Origin: Podospora anserina
Lineage: Eukaryota
Direction of reading: 5' to 3'
DNA length: 64,000 nt
Assembly: GCA_017654855.1 (NCBI GenBank)
Contig: CM030335.1
Span: 3,472,001-3,536,000 of the forward strand
Part shown: positions 11,716 through 24,311 of the stretch, one piece after another
Layout of the letters: each line of letters begins with the position of its first letter
Position numbering within the stretch: the stretch's first letter is position 1
Program-made: the position numbers and the translations under genes
Notes under the pieces: model-generated
The model's database searches: none
What the model was told of the DNA's origin: nothing
The model's input: only the letters and a program-made list of their open reading frames with translations

Positions 11716-14250
11716 GGTTCCTCCCTGTTCGAAAATGTCTCGAGAGAAAAGGGTGAGGGAGAGACGGGGAGGCCGGTAGCGAGTTTTGTGACCGGGCAGC
11801 CGTGTGGGCTCGGGGATGTTATGAAGGTTCATCAGGGAGACAGCATTCGGATGCGGGGGTCCCAACAGGAACTGGCCATCTTCTTGGCCTGCCCCCAATT
11901 TGTGCTCTAGTGTATTAAAGTATTGGATGGGTGGATGGATGGATGGTGTTGCAATGCAGCCCGACTCCAGTTTGGAAAGGTCGACCTGGTGGAATCATTG
12001 ATCGTCGTCGGGAAGTGTGGCCGCGGTGGATGGATATCATTTGCAGTTGGACGCACTGTGTGGCGTTGTGCAACCCTGCCCCGGTTAGTTGTTGATTTAA
12101 ACTGTCAGCGGCTGCTAACCAACGGCCCCACAAGCCGACCGACGGCGGGATCCAATTCCCGGGCCTTGGTGGATAATAAACTTTCTTTTCCCAGCTGTGC
12201 CAGTATAATTCGGGCAAGGCTCCCCTCTCGCCGAGCCATGGGGGTGGCGGAAGCGAAAAGACCAGCCCAAAAGAGACTCCCCTTTCAGGGCTTAGTGTTC
12301 GATAGCGGATTGGCACTGTGGCCTGTATGGATAGCCATCTCATTATCTCGTGTTTCTGATGTGTCGAGGAAAATGCCGATCCGATGGTGCTTTTGTGTAC
12401 AGATACCTCGTGAAGAAATGGAGACGATATGGCCCATATGTTATGATGAGATACTGTGAAACAGAAGGCCATAACATGACATTCATCATCCCACGTGGAA
12501 AGAACGTCAGAACCATAGATCCGGGTACTGCGGGGGAGATAACTTAAACAGCACACAGCAAATTGGGAACATGTGCTTCCCCTCGGAAATCCATTGGCCA
12601 AATCTGAAATGTCCCGGCCGGTTGTCGGAAAGAGGAAAGGGGCCCAAGAGGCTGGGAGAGGGTTTCAGTCTCGCTTTCATCTCCCAGCCGTGCCACCGGT
12701 TTTTTTTTCCGGCACGGCATTTTCACTCACCACCCATGTGCTGCGCCGCCTGACTGCTGCGGTACCGTAGCATCTGTCTCTTGCAGGTCGGCACTGTGCT
12801 TTATGCGTCCATATCTTCACCACCTATTGTCTCTGATGCGGGCTGGATCATGGATGTCATGTCGTTTGAGTCCCTCCCTCCGCCATCCGGTCTGGACCTC
12901 ACAATCTCACTAGTCTCGTAATGTCTGTGGTCATCGTGCCAATAAAAACAGAGCAGATACGGAGTACTGCGCTATCAGCTCGGGGTGCACGGGTGGCTTT
13001 CGTGGGAGCTTACCGTTGGCCCGGACGATCCGTTCCTGGACCCAGCCGGGTGCTCTGCCGGGATGGGGCCTGTCGTGCAACCTGTCATGACAATGGAACG
13101 TCGTTGTCTGAGCGCAATCCCCAGACGGAAGAGGACGAGCAAGTCAGTATGAAATTGGAGACGATCAATGCACCGCTATTCACATGAAGATGCTCAGGTT
13201 TAGGTTTTTCATCGGGCATACAGGATCGATAGGTCTATTCGCAGGAAGGAGCATGAATTTCACTCACCGACATTTGATGGTTCTTCAGTGGCGGTTGGAG
13301 AAATGTCCGACATCCTGGCCTGCAGAAACGTAAACCAATGATTTAGTCAGTCACCATTCGTGCTTCTGCAACACCTTTCTTTTTCACCTGCACCAGAATA
13401 ATGCCAGAAGACTCCAGGGGGTCAAGCCACGTACTGGTCACTCGTGGGGGGTCTGACTGGCCGCTGACAGTCTCTTCAAGCCACAGGCCAGCTTGGCGAC
13501 CTCATGCGTTTGGCAGCATACAGAGAGCACCACGTTGACCTTCAGGCACGGGATTGATGGTCTGGACCCTGAAAATGGCGCCATCTTCAAAGGCTCAGCA
13601 CCCTCTCCACTAGTTCCACTATGCCTGGGGCTGGTTGTCTTTGCGAGGTCGTCGACAGTAGGTACAGATGATGCTGAAGGTCGATTCTTCTACGGATATG
13701 ATGAAGGCCGTAGTGGACCACAGCACTCTCCCCAGAACGACCAGGCGTCCCGCAAGTCAAGACAGGTTCGCTCGGAACCCAACCCCGGTGCCAAACCCTT
13801 GGTATTCGCATTTCACGCCCCCCTGCCAGTGCAACACGCCCAAGTTGATCGACACCGAATTCGAGAGCAAAAGCAACACAAGCAAGCCGGAGAAGACACG
13901 GCCTGCATGTTTCGAAACTCGCAAAGAGTTCCTCCGCCGCCCGCCTGCTTCTTGAACCTCTCTTCTGTGAGGCTGATCCCCCCCTTTCTGGCCGTTGAGC
14001 CATATGTAAACCCAACCTAATCTTCAGACATTGCGTGCCTGGGTTTGGGGGTCCAATGGTGGCGTTCGGTGTCTTATTTCTTTACCTTCGCATGCGACAC
14101 TCGTGGGCGCTTGGATGAGGCTCTATTAACCCGGGCACTCCTCCCGCGTTTTGTCACAATTGGTCTCGACTCGTTAGAGACTTGTTACTCGTCTTTGTTC
14201 AGTTTCCTCGCTCCTTGAATCTGACATTGTCTCCCATTCCATTAGTTGCG

Positions 14251-15718
14251 ATGACGCTCAAAGGTGACGCCGTGTGGGCGTTGGGGGTGATGTGGTTTTT
14301 GTGTACCCTGGTGTTCTTGCTGATGTGCCTCCGACTATACACCCGCATCGTCTGCTTGTCGTCTTATGGACTTGACGACCACATCTACATTGTGGCCTTT
14401 GTAAGTGGACTTTCTGATCGTGTGGAATGATAGACATAGACTAACGATTCCACTACTTAGATCTTTCTCCTCATCTTCACCATCTTTATCCACCTCTCGG
14501 GAACCGTGGGCTTTGGGCAGACGATGGAGGAAATCGGCGACATGGAACTAGTAGTGAAAGCCACTTTGTACGAGTGTATCGGTCAAGGCTTTGCCATCGT
14601 CGGTATGGCCATCGCCAAGGCGTCTCTGGGTACTTTCTTGCTCCGTCTCGTCACTGTGAGGTGGCACAGAATCGCCATTTGGTCAGCCCTGGGGCTCGTG
14701 AGCGGCGCCTCCATTGCCCAAGTTCTGTGCTTCTGGCTTTCATGCGTTCCCGTCAACTACGTCTACGACCGCCGCATCGAGGGGGGCTACTGCCCCATCG
14801 ACACAAGGCCGACTTCTTATCTTCTCTGCAGTATGTCTTGACCACTTGAACTGATGTAGTGCAGAAAAATGTTGACCTGTGCACCTACCTTTAGCTTCCA
14901 CCATCGTCGTCGACTTCTTTTTCGCTCTCTTTCCCTGGTTAATCGTTATGCCCTTACAAATGCCCAAACGCGAAAAGTTCACCATCGCCGGTAGCATGAG
15001 TCTCGGCTTGATGTAAGTTCACCCCTCACCCAGGGCACCTGGCTCGGAGTCCTCTGACCTTTCTGTTCTCAGTGCTGCCGCAGCTGGCATCGTTCGCACC
15101 TTCGAAGTCGAAGGCCTCTACACAGCCTCGTACCTCAAGGACTCCGTCGGTCTCATCGTCTGGTCCTCCGCCGAGATGGCCATCACCCTCATCTGCATCG
15201 GCATTCCCGTCTGTCGTCCCCTCTACAAGCGCGCCTTCCGACGTCTCCTCGGCGAGAGCACCAGCGGCTACCACAAGCAATCCGGCGGCAAGGACGGTCA
15301 AGGGTCCTCTCACGCTCTGCAAACCATCGGCGGTGGCGTTCTGGGCTCCGACGGCAAACCGATCTCAAAGAAGCTTGCGCAATCGCAGCAGGTATCTGCC
15401 AATAAGGATGGTCGCACCACGGTTACAGGGCAGAATGAGAGCACAGATGATATCAGCTTTACGGATGTCAAGTTGGGCGTTGATGGGCCCTTTACACGGA
15501 CAACGGTGGGGAGGGGGCGCGACGGGAGTGCAGGCAACGGGAACAGCTCTGATGAGGAGATCCTCAATGAGTACAGGCGGAGTCAGATGGACGACCACAA
15601 TGGGCGCGTGGTGAGGGTGGATGTTGAGAATGGAAGGGTGCAACATGGGGAGCACAGTCAGGCGCACAATCACAACGGTATCATGATTACAGAAACCTAC
15701 CGAGTGGAAAGGTCCTGA
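14251..15718 (+). CDS. PTH11-like (fungal rhodopsin-domain) integral membrane protein without CFEM
   Basis: Motifs LRLYTRIV...YGLDD, AKASLGTFLLRL, C.PV...YD....GGYC, DFFFALFPW..V..LQMPKREK and WSSAEMAITLICIGIPVCRPL across 4 exons. Confidence 0.9.
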
Positions 15719-16323
15719 CTGGAGATGAAAATGTCAGGGGAGAGAGAAGCACGGTCGTGGGTTGACGTGTGAGGCAGTCCGTCAACCTGCAGTGGGATGG
15801 CACAGGGAAAAAGGGCATGGGATATTCGGTCGTTACTTGAGGCATTATAGAGAGTTTGGAGTTTGCTAATATCGGGCACATGATACATACCTCACCTGCA
15901 TGGCTCTGGGGTTGTATGATTTAAACACACACGTAAACAGTACATATGGGAGACGCACCATTCCTCTCGTTGTCTCTTCCGTCTTCCTGATGCTTGTGGA
16001 AGGGCCCTCCAACACCGCATTCGTCGTAGCCCGTAGGTACGAGAATGGGGCGGTCGTGCCTGCATTTGACTTGCTCCAAAATCCTCAAGTGAACAAGAAC
16101 GCTCCTTTTTGGAGTCAATAATTCAATTTCTCGATTCACCTGGACTTCCAACATTACAAAAAGCACGCCGTCCCTTTCTAGTCCATCCTCACGGGCGTCA
16201 CGAACCAGAAAACCGCCCACACTCATCCTCATGTCAATCCCATCACACGAGCAACCATCACGACTCAAGACACAAGTTGAACCCCACCCTCAACACTCAC
16301 TTTACCATTGTTTACTCGACAAC

Positions 16324-16500
16324 ATGGCGATACTTGACCTCATTTACCTCTTGGTATTCTACGCATCTTTTGTATGGGTCATCGTCTACATTCTCCGCCA
16401 AGCCATGAAGTCCGAAGTAGCTCACGATCGGGGAACCGAAGAGATTCGGAAGGGTTACGCCGAATGGGCTGCCAAACGTGAGCAAAGAATTCACGCATAA
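16324..16500 (+). CDS. Putative 58-aa single-pass membrane microprotein
   Basis: ACAACATGG start context; hydrophobic LIYLLVFYASFVWVIVYIL followed by a charged tail RQAMKSEVAHDRGTEEIRKGYAEWAAKREQRIHA. Confidence 0.5.
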   Translation: MAILDLIYLLVFYASFVWVIVYILRQAMKSEVAHDRGTEEIRKGYAEWAAKREQRIHA

Positions 16501-17326
16501 CTGCCTGGTTGAGCCATGTCCTAACGTGAGCGCAGAAAAAAAAATATTCGAGGGATCGATGGAGTGACTGGATGGTCGCAGAGGTATTCATGGACCGATG
16601 AGGAGAACGGAGAGATCCTCACATAACAATTTCGTGGGATGATGAGTGCTAAGGATCCGCAGCAAGCTCGTTGGGTGATCGGGCACCTTTTTCTTGACAA
16701 ACGGAAGACAGCAAATACCAAGGACAGCCTTTGTGAGACATAAGCCTATCGTCAGCAGACAAAATCGGGTACGAGTGGCCTTCATTTCGACATGATCCCC
16801 CTTGTCACACTTGCACCCCTCGGATGGTTGACTGCCGTTGCCATCGAGTACTCTTTTTCGGACCTTCCGTAAGGTTCATTAGCAAGAGAGACGGGTTAAC
16901 TGCATGGCCCAAGCATCTGAAGTAAGAGGTGAGTGCGCTACAGAGTACGTAGAGCCTGAAGTAACCATCGTAGAGTTGGACTTTTTGTAGGTGGAATGAT
17001 TGATGCTCGGGGCAGCACGGATAAAGTCTCCTTGTATGATCAAACACTTTCTGATTTGAATCAAGAAACAAGTCATGCTGTATAGGTACTTTCTTGGTGC
17101 ATATCTGTGAGGTTGTGCATAGTTGTGAAGCTATGCATATCTATGAGCTTATGCGCATCTTGTGTATGGTGTGCACTACTATGTGGTGACATAAATAGAT
17201 GCTGTCGAATTACATACTGTCATAGCTTTGTGTATACGCTGCTGCATAATACTTATGAATATCATCCACCACCTTTTCTTTTGCCCAACCATTCTCTCTT
17301 GTCCTTGCGTGAGGCTAACCCGTCTC

Positions 17327-18514
17327 TCATTCGATTGTAATGCGCTCATACCCTTGACCTCGAGATCTCTCTCGTGAGTTACCAGTCTCGACGGGAGCAG
17401 CACCCTTCCCCCGTCTCAGAAACCTCAGTACGCGAGATGCTTCTTCATCAGTCCTTGGGTCGGTCCACATGCGGCGTTTGCGACTCTTGCTTCTGCCGGT
17501 GGGTATTTCCTGCATAACCCCGGAAATCTCATCCGCAGCGATTGTCTTTCCATTTACCTTGCTTTTCTTTTCCGTAGTTTTTGAGGCACCGACCACTGTG
17601 TCCTGGTCAGAGTCATACTCCGGCCGGCCGCTGTTGTCAAACATATCTTCTAGGTTCTTCCCGCTAGGTTTATGTCGAGATGGCAGCGGTGTCGGCATCG
17701 ACTCTTCAGCCATGGCTTCGAGGTCACTGGCAGGCATCACGCGCGGCTGGTCTTGTCTCTCAGCACCCCCACCAACCCGGAGCGCAGACACCGTTTGAAC
17801 CATCTTATCCACCAAATTCTTCAAGTTCATCGCCCCCAGCGTCTTCCCCTCCCCCTCCCCAGCCACCCCCCCTTTTTCCACCCCCATATCCCTCCCCTTC
17901 ACCGTCCTCGTCGACCCCACAGATGAACTCCTCCCCCTCCCCGTAGAGTCAAAGCTCCTCACACTCCCCGCCGGACTCACCCCCCTCCCCGGTCTACTTC
18001 TGCTCCTCCTCTTCCCCTCCCTCTCCTCCTCCCTACTCCTCCACCCATATCGACTCCTCCTCACAGTCTTGACCCCCGCAAACTCCATATTCTCCTCACA
18101 TTTCCCGCTGATACAAGCATCACACAGCCGTGAGGAAATAAACGCCTCCCTTTCATACGTCACTTGGTGGCCAGCAGGACACAGCCCGCCCATGTCGAAC
18201 ACATCGCCGGGGTTGAAGCCTTCGGAGTGGAGGTAGTCGTCGCAGAACTTGTAGGCGGCGCAGTGCTGGCTGTAGACGATGCTGTGGGAGCTTTTGGACA
18301 GGTGGGCTTTCAGAGGGTTGGTGGTGGGGCGGCGGGTGAAGGTGTAGTTGAAGTCGGGGGGGTGGATGTCGAATTGGAGGTAGAAGGAGGTTGAAGGGGC
18401 GTGGAAGATGCAGGGGCACCTGGGGAGGAAGTCAGCGGGCGATGGGGAGGAGAAGGAGAGTAAGTGGGGTGGGTGGCATCCATACCAAAAGTCGTAGATG
18501 GTTCCTTGACACAT
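17327..18514 (-). CDS. Hypothetical protein with Cys/His-rich N-terminus and Arg/Ser-rich low-complexity C-terminal half
   Basis: CAAAATG start at 18514 gives MCQGTIYDFW, then a 66-nt intron 18420-18485 (GTATGG...CTGAC...CAG), then CPCIFH; long ORF to 17327. Confidence 0.75.
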   Translation of the reverse strand: MCQGTIYDFWYGCHPPHLLSFSSPSPADFLPRCPCIFHAPSTSFYLQFDIHPPDFNYTFTRRPTTNPLKAHLSKSSHSIVYSQHCAAYKFCDDYLHSEGFNPGDVFDMGGLCPAGHQVTYEREAFISSRLCDACISGKCEENMEFAGVKTVRRSRYGWRSREEEREGKRRSRSRPGRGVSPAGSVRSFDSTGRGRSSSVGSTRTVKGRDMGVEKGGVAGEGEGKTLGAMNLKNLVDKMVQTVSALRVGGGAERQDQPRVMPASDLEAMAEESMPTPLPSRHKPSGKNLEDMFDNSGRPEYDSDQDTVVGASKTTEKKSKVNGKTIAADEISGVMQEIPTGRSKSRKRRMWTDPRTDEEASRVLRFLRRGKGAAPVETGNSRERSRGQGYERITIE

Positions 18515-19531
18515 TTTGAGGGTAGTTGTGATGAATGGGTGATGGACGTCTCTAAGGAAATGGGAGTCGCTCGTGATGTGAATGGAAGGGTCGAAAAGGG
18601 TCGAGGATGCCGGCCACAACGTGAAGAGGTCGAGTGCAACTCGATTGTTGAAGGTCTAGAAGGTAAAGTGCCTAATTTTTGCGGCTCGTAAAGCATCAAC
18701 GTTGGGACTGAGGATGTTGTTGAAGCTGTGAGATCCATCTGAGCGGCTTCAGGATGTGCGTAGAAGAAAAAAAGTCGCGGAAAGTCGCCATTCAAGTAAG
18801 ATGTTGAGATTGTTGGTCGAAAGTTGCTGTTGACCAGAAGTACGAGTGGTAGGCTTTTCGCGTCGTTCGATTCCAGTCGCCAAAGCATCTGCGACGAAGG
18901 CACTCGACACTCTGCAGCTCAATGCCTGACGCGAAGGATAACTTGAGCAACTGATTCCAGTGTCGCTAGGCCAAGTGACGCGGAGTCTCTCCTGCGTAGG
19001 TCATCAGGGCAGCGCGCGCGTCACAGGTGAATTCACTGTTTTCGCCAGGTTCTGACGAATAAGGCAGCAATGGGATTAATTGCGGCTTTGCAATGCGACT
19101 TGAGTACTGCTTGTCCAAGAAGTGAAAACTCTGTCTTGATTTCTCTTGGATGCGGGTCTGTGATATCTGAGTTTGATGGTATGCTTTCAAATTGCGTTTG
19201 AGTTAACAGCCCTATGGGGATATGGCTGGCATGGGAGGCGTGGGAGGCTTTTGTAGAACGCCATGTGGCCGAGCCCTCGTAATCTTTTCCTGGACTCTAG
19301 TACGGTGTTCATGGTTTGATCAATACCTATCCACAAACCTCAGCAACGCAGTGAGTCACACGATGATTCACCTGCTGTTCAAACAAGATGCGGACAGTCT
19401 TGGTTATACACACACACAATACGCTTTCACGATAGCAGTACGGAGCTGGAAACTTTACTTCATCATATCATTATTGATTGTCTGATAAAAGCTAAGCGAA
19501 ATGCAGTACCCATGTGCCCAAACTCAACCCT

Positions 19532-20838
19532 CTATTTCCTAAGAGCCTCCCTCCTGCTAGTGCTCTGAGGGTCGTAGTAAGGCTTCTCACCCAGACTGAC
19601 AGCTCTGCTCCCCTTGCGCTCGCCCAGCCCGTCCTCAAAAACATAATCGGGGGTGGCCGCGTGGTAAACACTCCTGTTGTCCCAAATGGCAACATCATTC
19701 ACATCCTTCCACTTGAAGCGGACTTGCAAATCATGGTTTTCGACGATGAGCTGGACGAACCAGTCAAGGAAGTGCTTGCTCTCCTCATCAGAGAGGCCAT
19801 GGATGCGCTTGACGTGGTGTCCGACAGCAAACACTGACTTCCAGCCGGTGACTGGGTTGGTGCGGATCACGGGGTGGATGGCCTCGAGGACATCGCCGAC
19901 ATTCTCGGGGGCGCCACGCTCGCCGGAGTAGATGCTGAAGCCGTTTCGCTTGGCGGCATCGGTGAAGAGTGGCTGGGCATAGTAGGCTGTGAGGGTATCG
20001 AGGAAGCCGCGGAGCTTGGGGGAGATTCTGTCGTAGAGCTCATAGCCAGAGGCCCAGAGGGTGTCTGTATTCATCCAGTCAGCGACATCTTTTGTGGCAT
20101 CTATGCAGTCCAGAGGTTTGCTTACCACCTCCGGTCTTGGGCAGCTGTGTCAGCTTGAGAAGAGCATAATCGCTGGGAATAGGCTCGAAGGTGATATCAG
20201 AGTGCCACTGGCCCTTTCCGGACTGACGATGTCTGCCACCGTTCCATGCGCTGGCGAAGCGATCGGCGTAGAGCTTCTTGGCTTGCTCTGAGGAGATGAC
20301 GCTGATCTCGTCGTCCTTGCCACCATGCTCACGGGCGGCGTTGCTGATGGGATGGATGTGAAGACCGGAAGTCTCTGGCTTTCCAGAAAGCTGGCCGAGA
20401 CGCTGGACCAACTCCTTTTGAAGATCGTCAGTCAAGCCCTCCTGTTTCCGAAAGAAGACAACACCACGTTGAGAGACTAATCTGGGTCAGCAACATGTTT
20501 CTCATCGGAGTCTCATGGATACGATACTCACTGGTAATGGCAAGATCACGAAGCAGCTCATCCGAGTTTGGAGCACGGAGGAGCTTGACGAGGTCGACGT
20601 TGGAATATTCCCTTCCGATCACAGGGGTAACATCGAAGGAGTCAAAGACCTCAAGCGCGCCACTGAGCTTCAAAGGCTCCTTGTGGTTCGTGTAGAGCTC
20701 TGGGAGTTCTTCCTCTTGAACTTGGACACCCTTGTCCTCGACAACCTCTGGCACTTGCTCCTTATTCTGGACTGGAATGACCTTCTCCTTGATCTCGTCC
20801 ACAGTTTGTTGGACTGTATCGACTGCCGAGGGAGACAT
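19532..20838 (-). CDS. TauD/TfdA-family alpha-ketoglutarate-dependent (sulfonate) dioxygenase
   Basis: DVTPVIGREY, RGVVFFRKQ, WHSDITFE (HxD), GGDTLWASGY, HPVIRTNPVTGWKS and WDNRSVYH motifs; two introns. Confidence 0.93.
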
Positions 20839-20938
20839 GATGAAGTGCGAGGTGCGTGGAGATTGATCAAGTTGAAACTTTGTGATGTGAAGCTTTGGGT
20901 TTGTTGGTGGATGGCAATCAGACGGATTAACTGCTGTC

Positions 20939-21417
20939 TTTATAGACGGACAGCATCCCATGGCCTCGAATACATCATAATGGCGTCAAAGAGACTCCTC
21001 TTCACGAGCCATCTTTATCTCCGAGATGGCACACTCGCAGAGCACGCCAGCCTGCGATATCACTCTGAAGATGTGCCTCTATCTGACACGGACCAATCGC
21101 ATGTTGAGAAGGGCCTCGCCCACTACTTCCTGACTGTATTCCTGGCTCTTAGTGGTCGAGCTCCCCAAAAATGCATGGTGTAAGACGCTTGCTCTCTGAC
21201 GTGCGGCGGAGTATGCTGGCACGGCGGCGACATGGTAATCGTGTGCGAATTTCCGTGCTGCTGGGACCGTACTGCGTATACTCCGTAGCATCAAGGCGTG
21301 CTTCCCCCCCCGTCCGTCTACCTTATATCGGCAGCATTGTTAGGGTTTGCCGAGGTGCCAATTGGCTGAACGTTGACTTTGGAGGTGTTGCGCAATGCTT
21401 GGAAATGATGGCGTCGT
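20939..21417 (-). promoter_or_regulatory. TauD promoter with TATA box and CYS-3/MetR-like bZIP sites
   Basis: TATAAA (minus strand) at 20939-20944. ATGGCGTCAA at 20980-20989 and ATGGCGTCGT at 21408-21417 each match ATGRYRYCAT at 9 of 10 positions. Confidence 0.4.
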
Positions 21418-24311
21418 CCGGGCATGCTGCCAAGGCTGTTAACTCCGTCGCCTTCCCCAACTGCCGGAGTCGTTTTGTTGAACAAAGATGGCAACAGGCG
21501 GGCCGTGGTCGGTCCCGACTATGCGGGCGGCATGTTTTCGGTACTCGGCGGGCGGGTCTGGTCGATTACGGCAACGACGACGGGGCGCAGAGGCTCGAAT
21601 CTGCCGCTCGGCAATAAGGGCTTTCGAGACGGCATCGAAAGACTTTGTTGCCAGCCATGTTCACCGTCTTGTAAGAGAGCGAGATAGGTCGAGGGTCTGG
21701 CGGATGGGAATGCTTGAAAGTCCAATGCTGGACCATAATCTCAGCGTCAGTCCATTAGAGTGGAAAGTCGGTGGTCTGCAGCTTGAGACTTACCAGCAAT
21801 CATCAAGACTTCACAGAAACATAAAGTTGGCAAAGTTGGCCCTTCACCTCTCGGGATTGAGAAAACAGCTTGCCGGAATTGCTGCCTGGCTCTTGTCAAC
21901 TGAGGAAAGAACACCCCACCTATTCTGCCTTTTCATCAGCCTGACAGCCATTCAGCCCGACACTCTCTGATCTAGGTAGGTATTTCCAATGTCCCCAAGA
22001 CGGATGGATCGGCAGTATGCACTCGATAAATGAATTGATCTCTGACAGCTGCGCCATCCCCCACAGCTGCATCTTCCCCACCGAGCCCCCCTCGAACACT
22101 GCTAGCTCGTCCCGCTCCACCACCACGCAGTGATGCCAAGGATCATCACACAAACAACGCGGCATCAGTCCTCGCCAACCGATAAGTACCGTCATGGTCA
22201 TTCTCCCACGTAAGATTTACAAACCTTAAAAGACCACCTGGTTCTTCTAGATTGGTTTACCCCAGACTGGCAACAGACCGTGTAGATCAGAAACCACCAT
22301 ATTTTTAGCACAGACATCTGATCTTCATCAACAACCACCCGCGCTGCAAAGCGTCGTGTAACTTACAGAAACGGGCCACGAGAGGCAACTGCTCACGCGA
22401 GACATTCCTCGTCCAAGCCCGCGGCGCAACGAGGTCTCGAGTCTCTTGACCGTCAAGACCACCAACTACCCCGTTTCAACGACATTGATATGTACACTGC
22501 AGCGATCCTAGACCAAGTGTCGAAGTTGCAGCAAATGTCACGCTCCTTTGCCGGCGGCACCTTAGATCCACTTGCCATGTCCCTTTTCTGACCGTCTCGT
22601 CGCAGTGAAACAAAGCACGGAGCCTCATCACCGCTCCCGTGGACGCGTACAAGACGGGCCTGGAAAACGGTTTGGGGTTTGTCGGTAATAAAACGGCCAC
22701 ACTCCGCTTCGACTTGCCTCGTCGGCTCCAGCTCCCCCTCGCTATATGCGCCGCAATTGGCGGGCTCGGGCCGCCAACGTCAACCTCTGGTGGATTCCAG
22801 GAACAAGCCGAAAGCAACTCTCCTGTTGGCGCTGCCTCTTTTTGGCTGGTGTTATCAGAAGTGCTGGACGCTAAACAGTCGGCTGGCACCTCCTCAAACA
22901 CCCAGATCTTCACCAAAGTCACCGGCCAATATTCCACACTGCTCCTATTCATCTCTTGCTCCTTTTCCCAAGAGGCGACCGATTGCCAGCAGATTTGATT
23001 TGTTGATGGTTGGTGTCGGTGACAGACTGGGAACCCATGATGGTTGGCCCACGGACATTTGCTGCCGGCAACCAACCCCTGGTCAATTCTGCAACCTCAC
23101 GGGGATTTTCTGTTTCACATTACAAAATGCCCCCCACGAACAAGCAATTCTGCCGAGGAAAATCCAGATACGTTTTGAGCTTGATGCTGTTTGGCAGTCG
23201 CGGCAGTCTTGGACTCTCCAATTTGCCCGTCACCAGAGGACTGTCTTGGCGCGTCATCCCACGACCTCCCGCCGTAAGGTCTGACAGCCCCGAGCAGATG
23301 TCGGATGAACAGGCAACGATTTGAGATGAACAGGTCTAGCCACGGCCAAGTTTCTCAAGTTTTTGGCCCCGAAATGAGTGGTGGCTGGCCAGTTATTCAG
23401 GCCTGTTGTTGATCGTAGTTGATGAGGCTCGTCGGCGCGGCAAGACGCCTCATCCCTTGGCCAGTGAGGTTCCCCAGACTTGGCCTGAGCGCCAAGGGGC
23501 CAGAACCCCAAACACGCTGGCAGGGTTCTTCGTCACTGCACCTCGACCCCTTTTCTTGGCGCAAAAGGTTGTCATCCGAACGCCCCCCACATGGGTTCCG
23601 TGAGGCCCCTTCTCCCTGTCGGTTGGTAAAACAATCATGATACTTCTTTGTCCATCGACAACCGGCGATAAACGAGGCAGCAGCAACAGACGCTACCCTG
23701 TGATCCAGCTCTGCTCCATCTGCCGCCCTGGCCCTGCTCCACCGACGGAGGAGCACCCGGACCGACTGCCACCACCTTTAAGACAAGGGTCTTATCATTT
23801 TTCACATCGGGGCCAAGGCTCAAACACTGGAGGTTGCGACTGCAGAATGATCGGCCCCTTTAACCGCATATAACGCCAACCACTTGGCAGCTACCTCGAC
23901 AGAGGCAGTGAGGAAACAGAATGACACAGCAGGTTGTCTGCCCAGAGTTGGCGTTATATGCGGTTAAAGGGTCTACTACCCGCCGAGACCCCGTAACCTG
24001 GTCCCAAGAGCGAAAACTACAAAGATCCACCCGCCTCCCGCCTGGAAGCGTGGCTTGTCATCGTACGATCTACTATTCCCTTCTCTTGTCTTGTACATTT
24101 CCTGTTTTTTTTGGGTTTTTTTCTGGTTCCGCTATCGAGGTCTGCGACCCTGTTTTCTTCTCTTCACTTCTGTTGTGTAATACCTTTATACATTGTTATC
24201 CACTTTGTGTGTACCTTCTCTAGTCTTATATTCCCTTTCTGTCCTCCTCGACCTGTCTCTTCTCTCTTCACTTTTTCCTGTGTATCTCTCTGCCCTCACA
24301 TATAATCCAAC

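Noticed and set aside
13493-14020. Overlapping ORFs in the P450/PTH11 intergenic region
   Set aside because: No recognisable domain, splice structure or coding bias.
16588-17076. Short minus-strand ORFs with Cys/His residues
   Set aside because: Could not build a consistent spliced model.
21171-24200. Many 60-200-aa ORFs between TauD and carbonic anhydrase
   Set aside because: Random-looking composition on both strands, consistent with a divergent promoter region.
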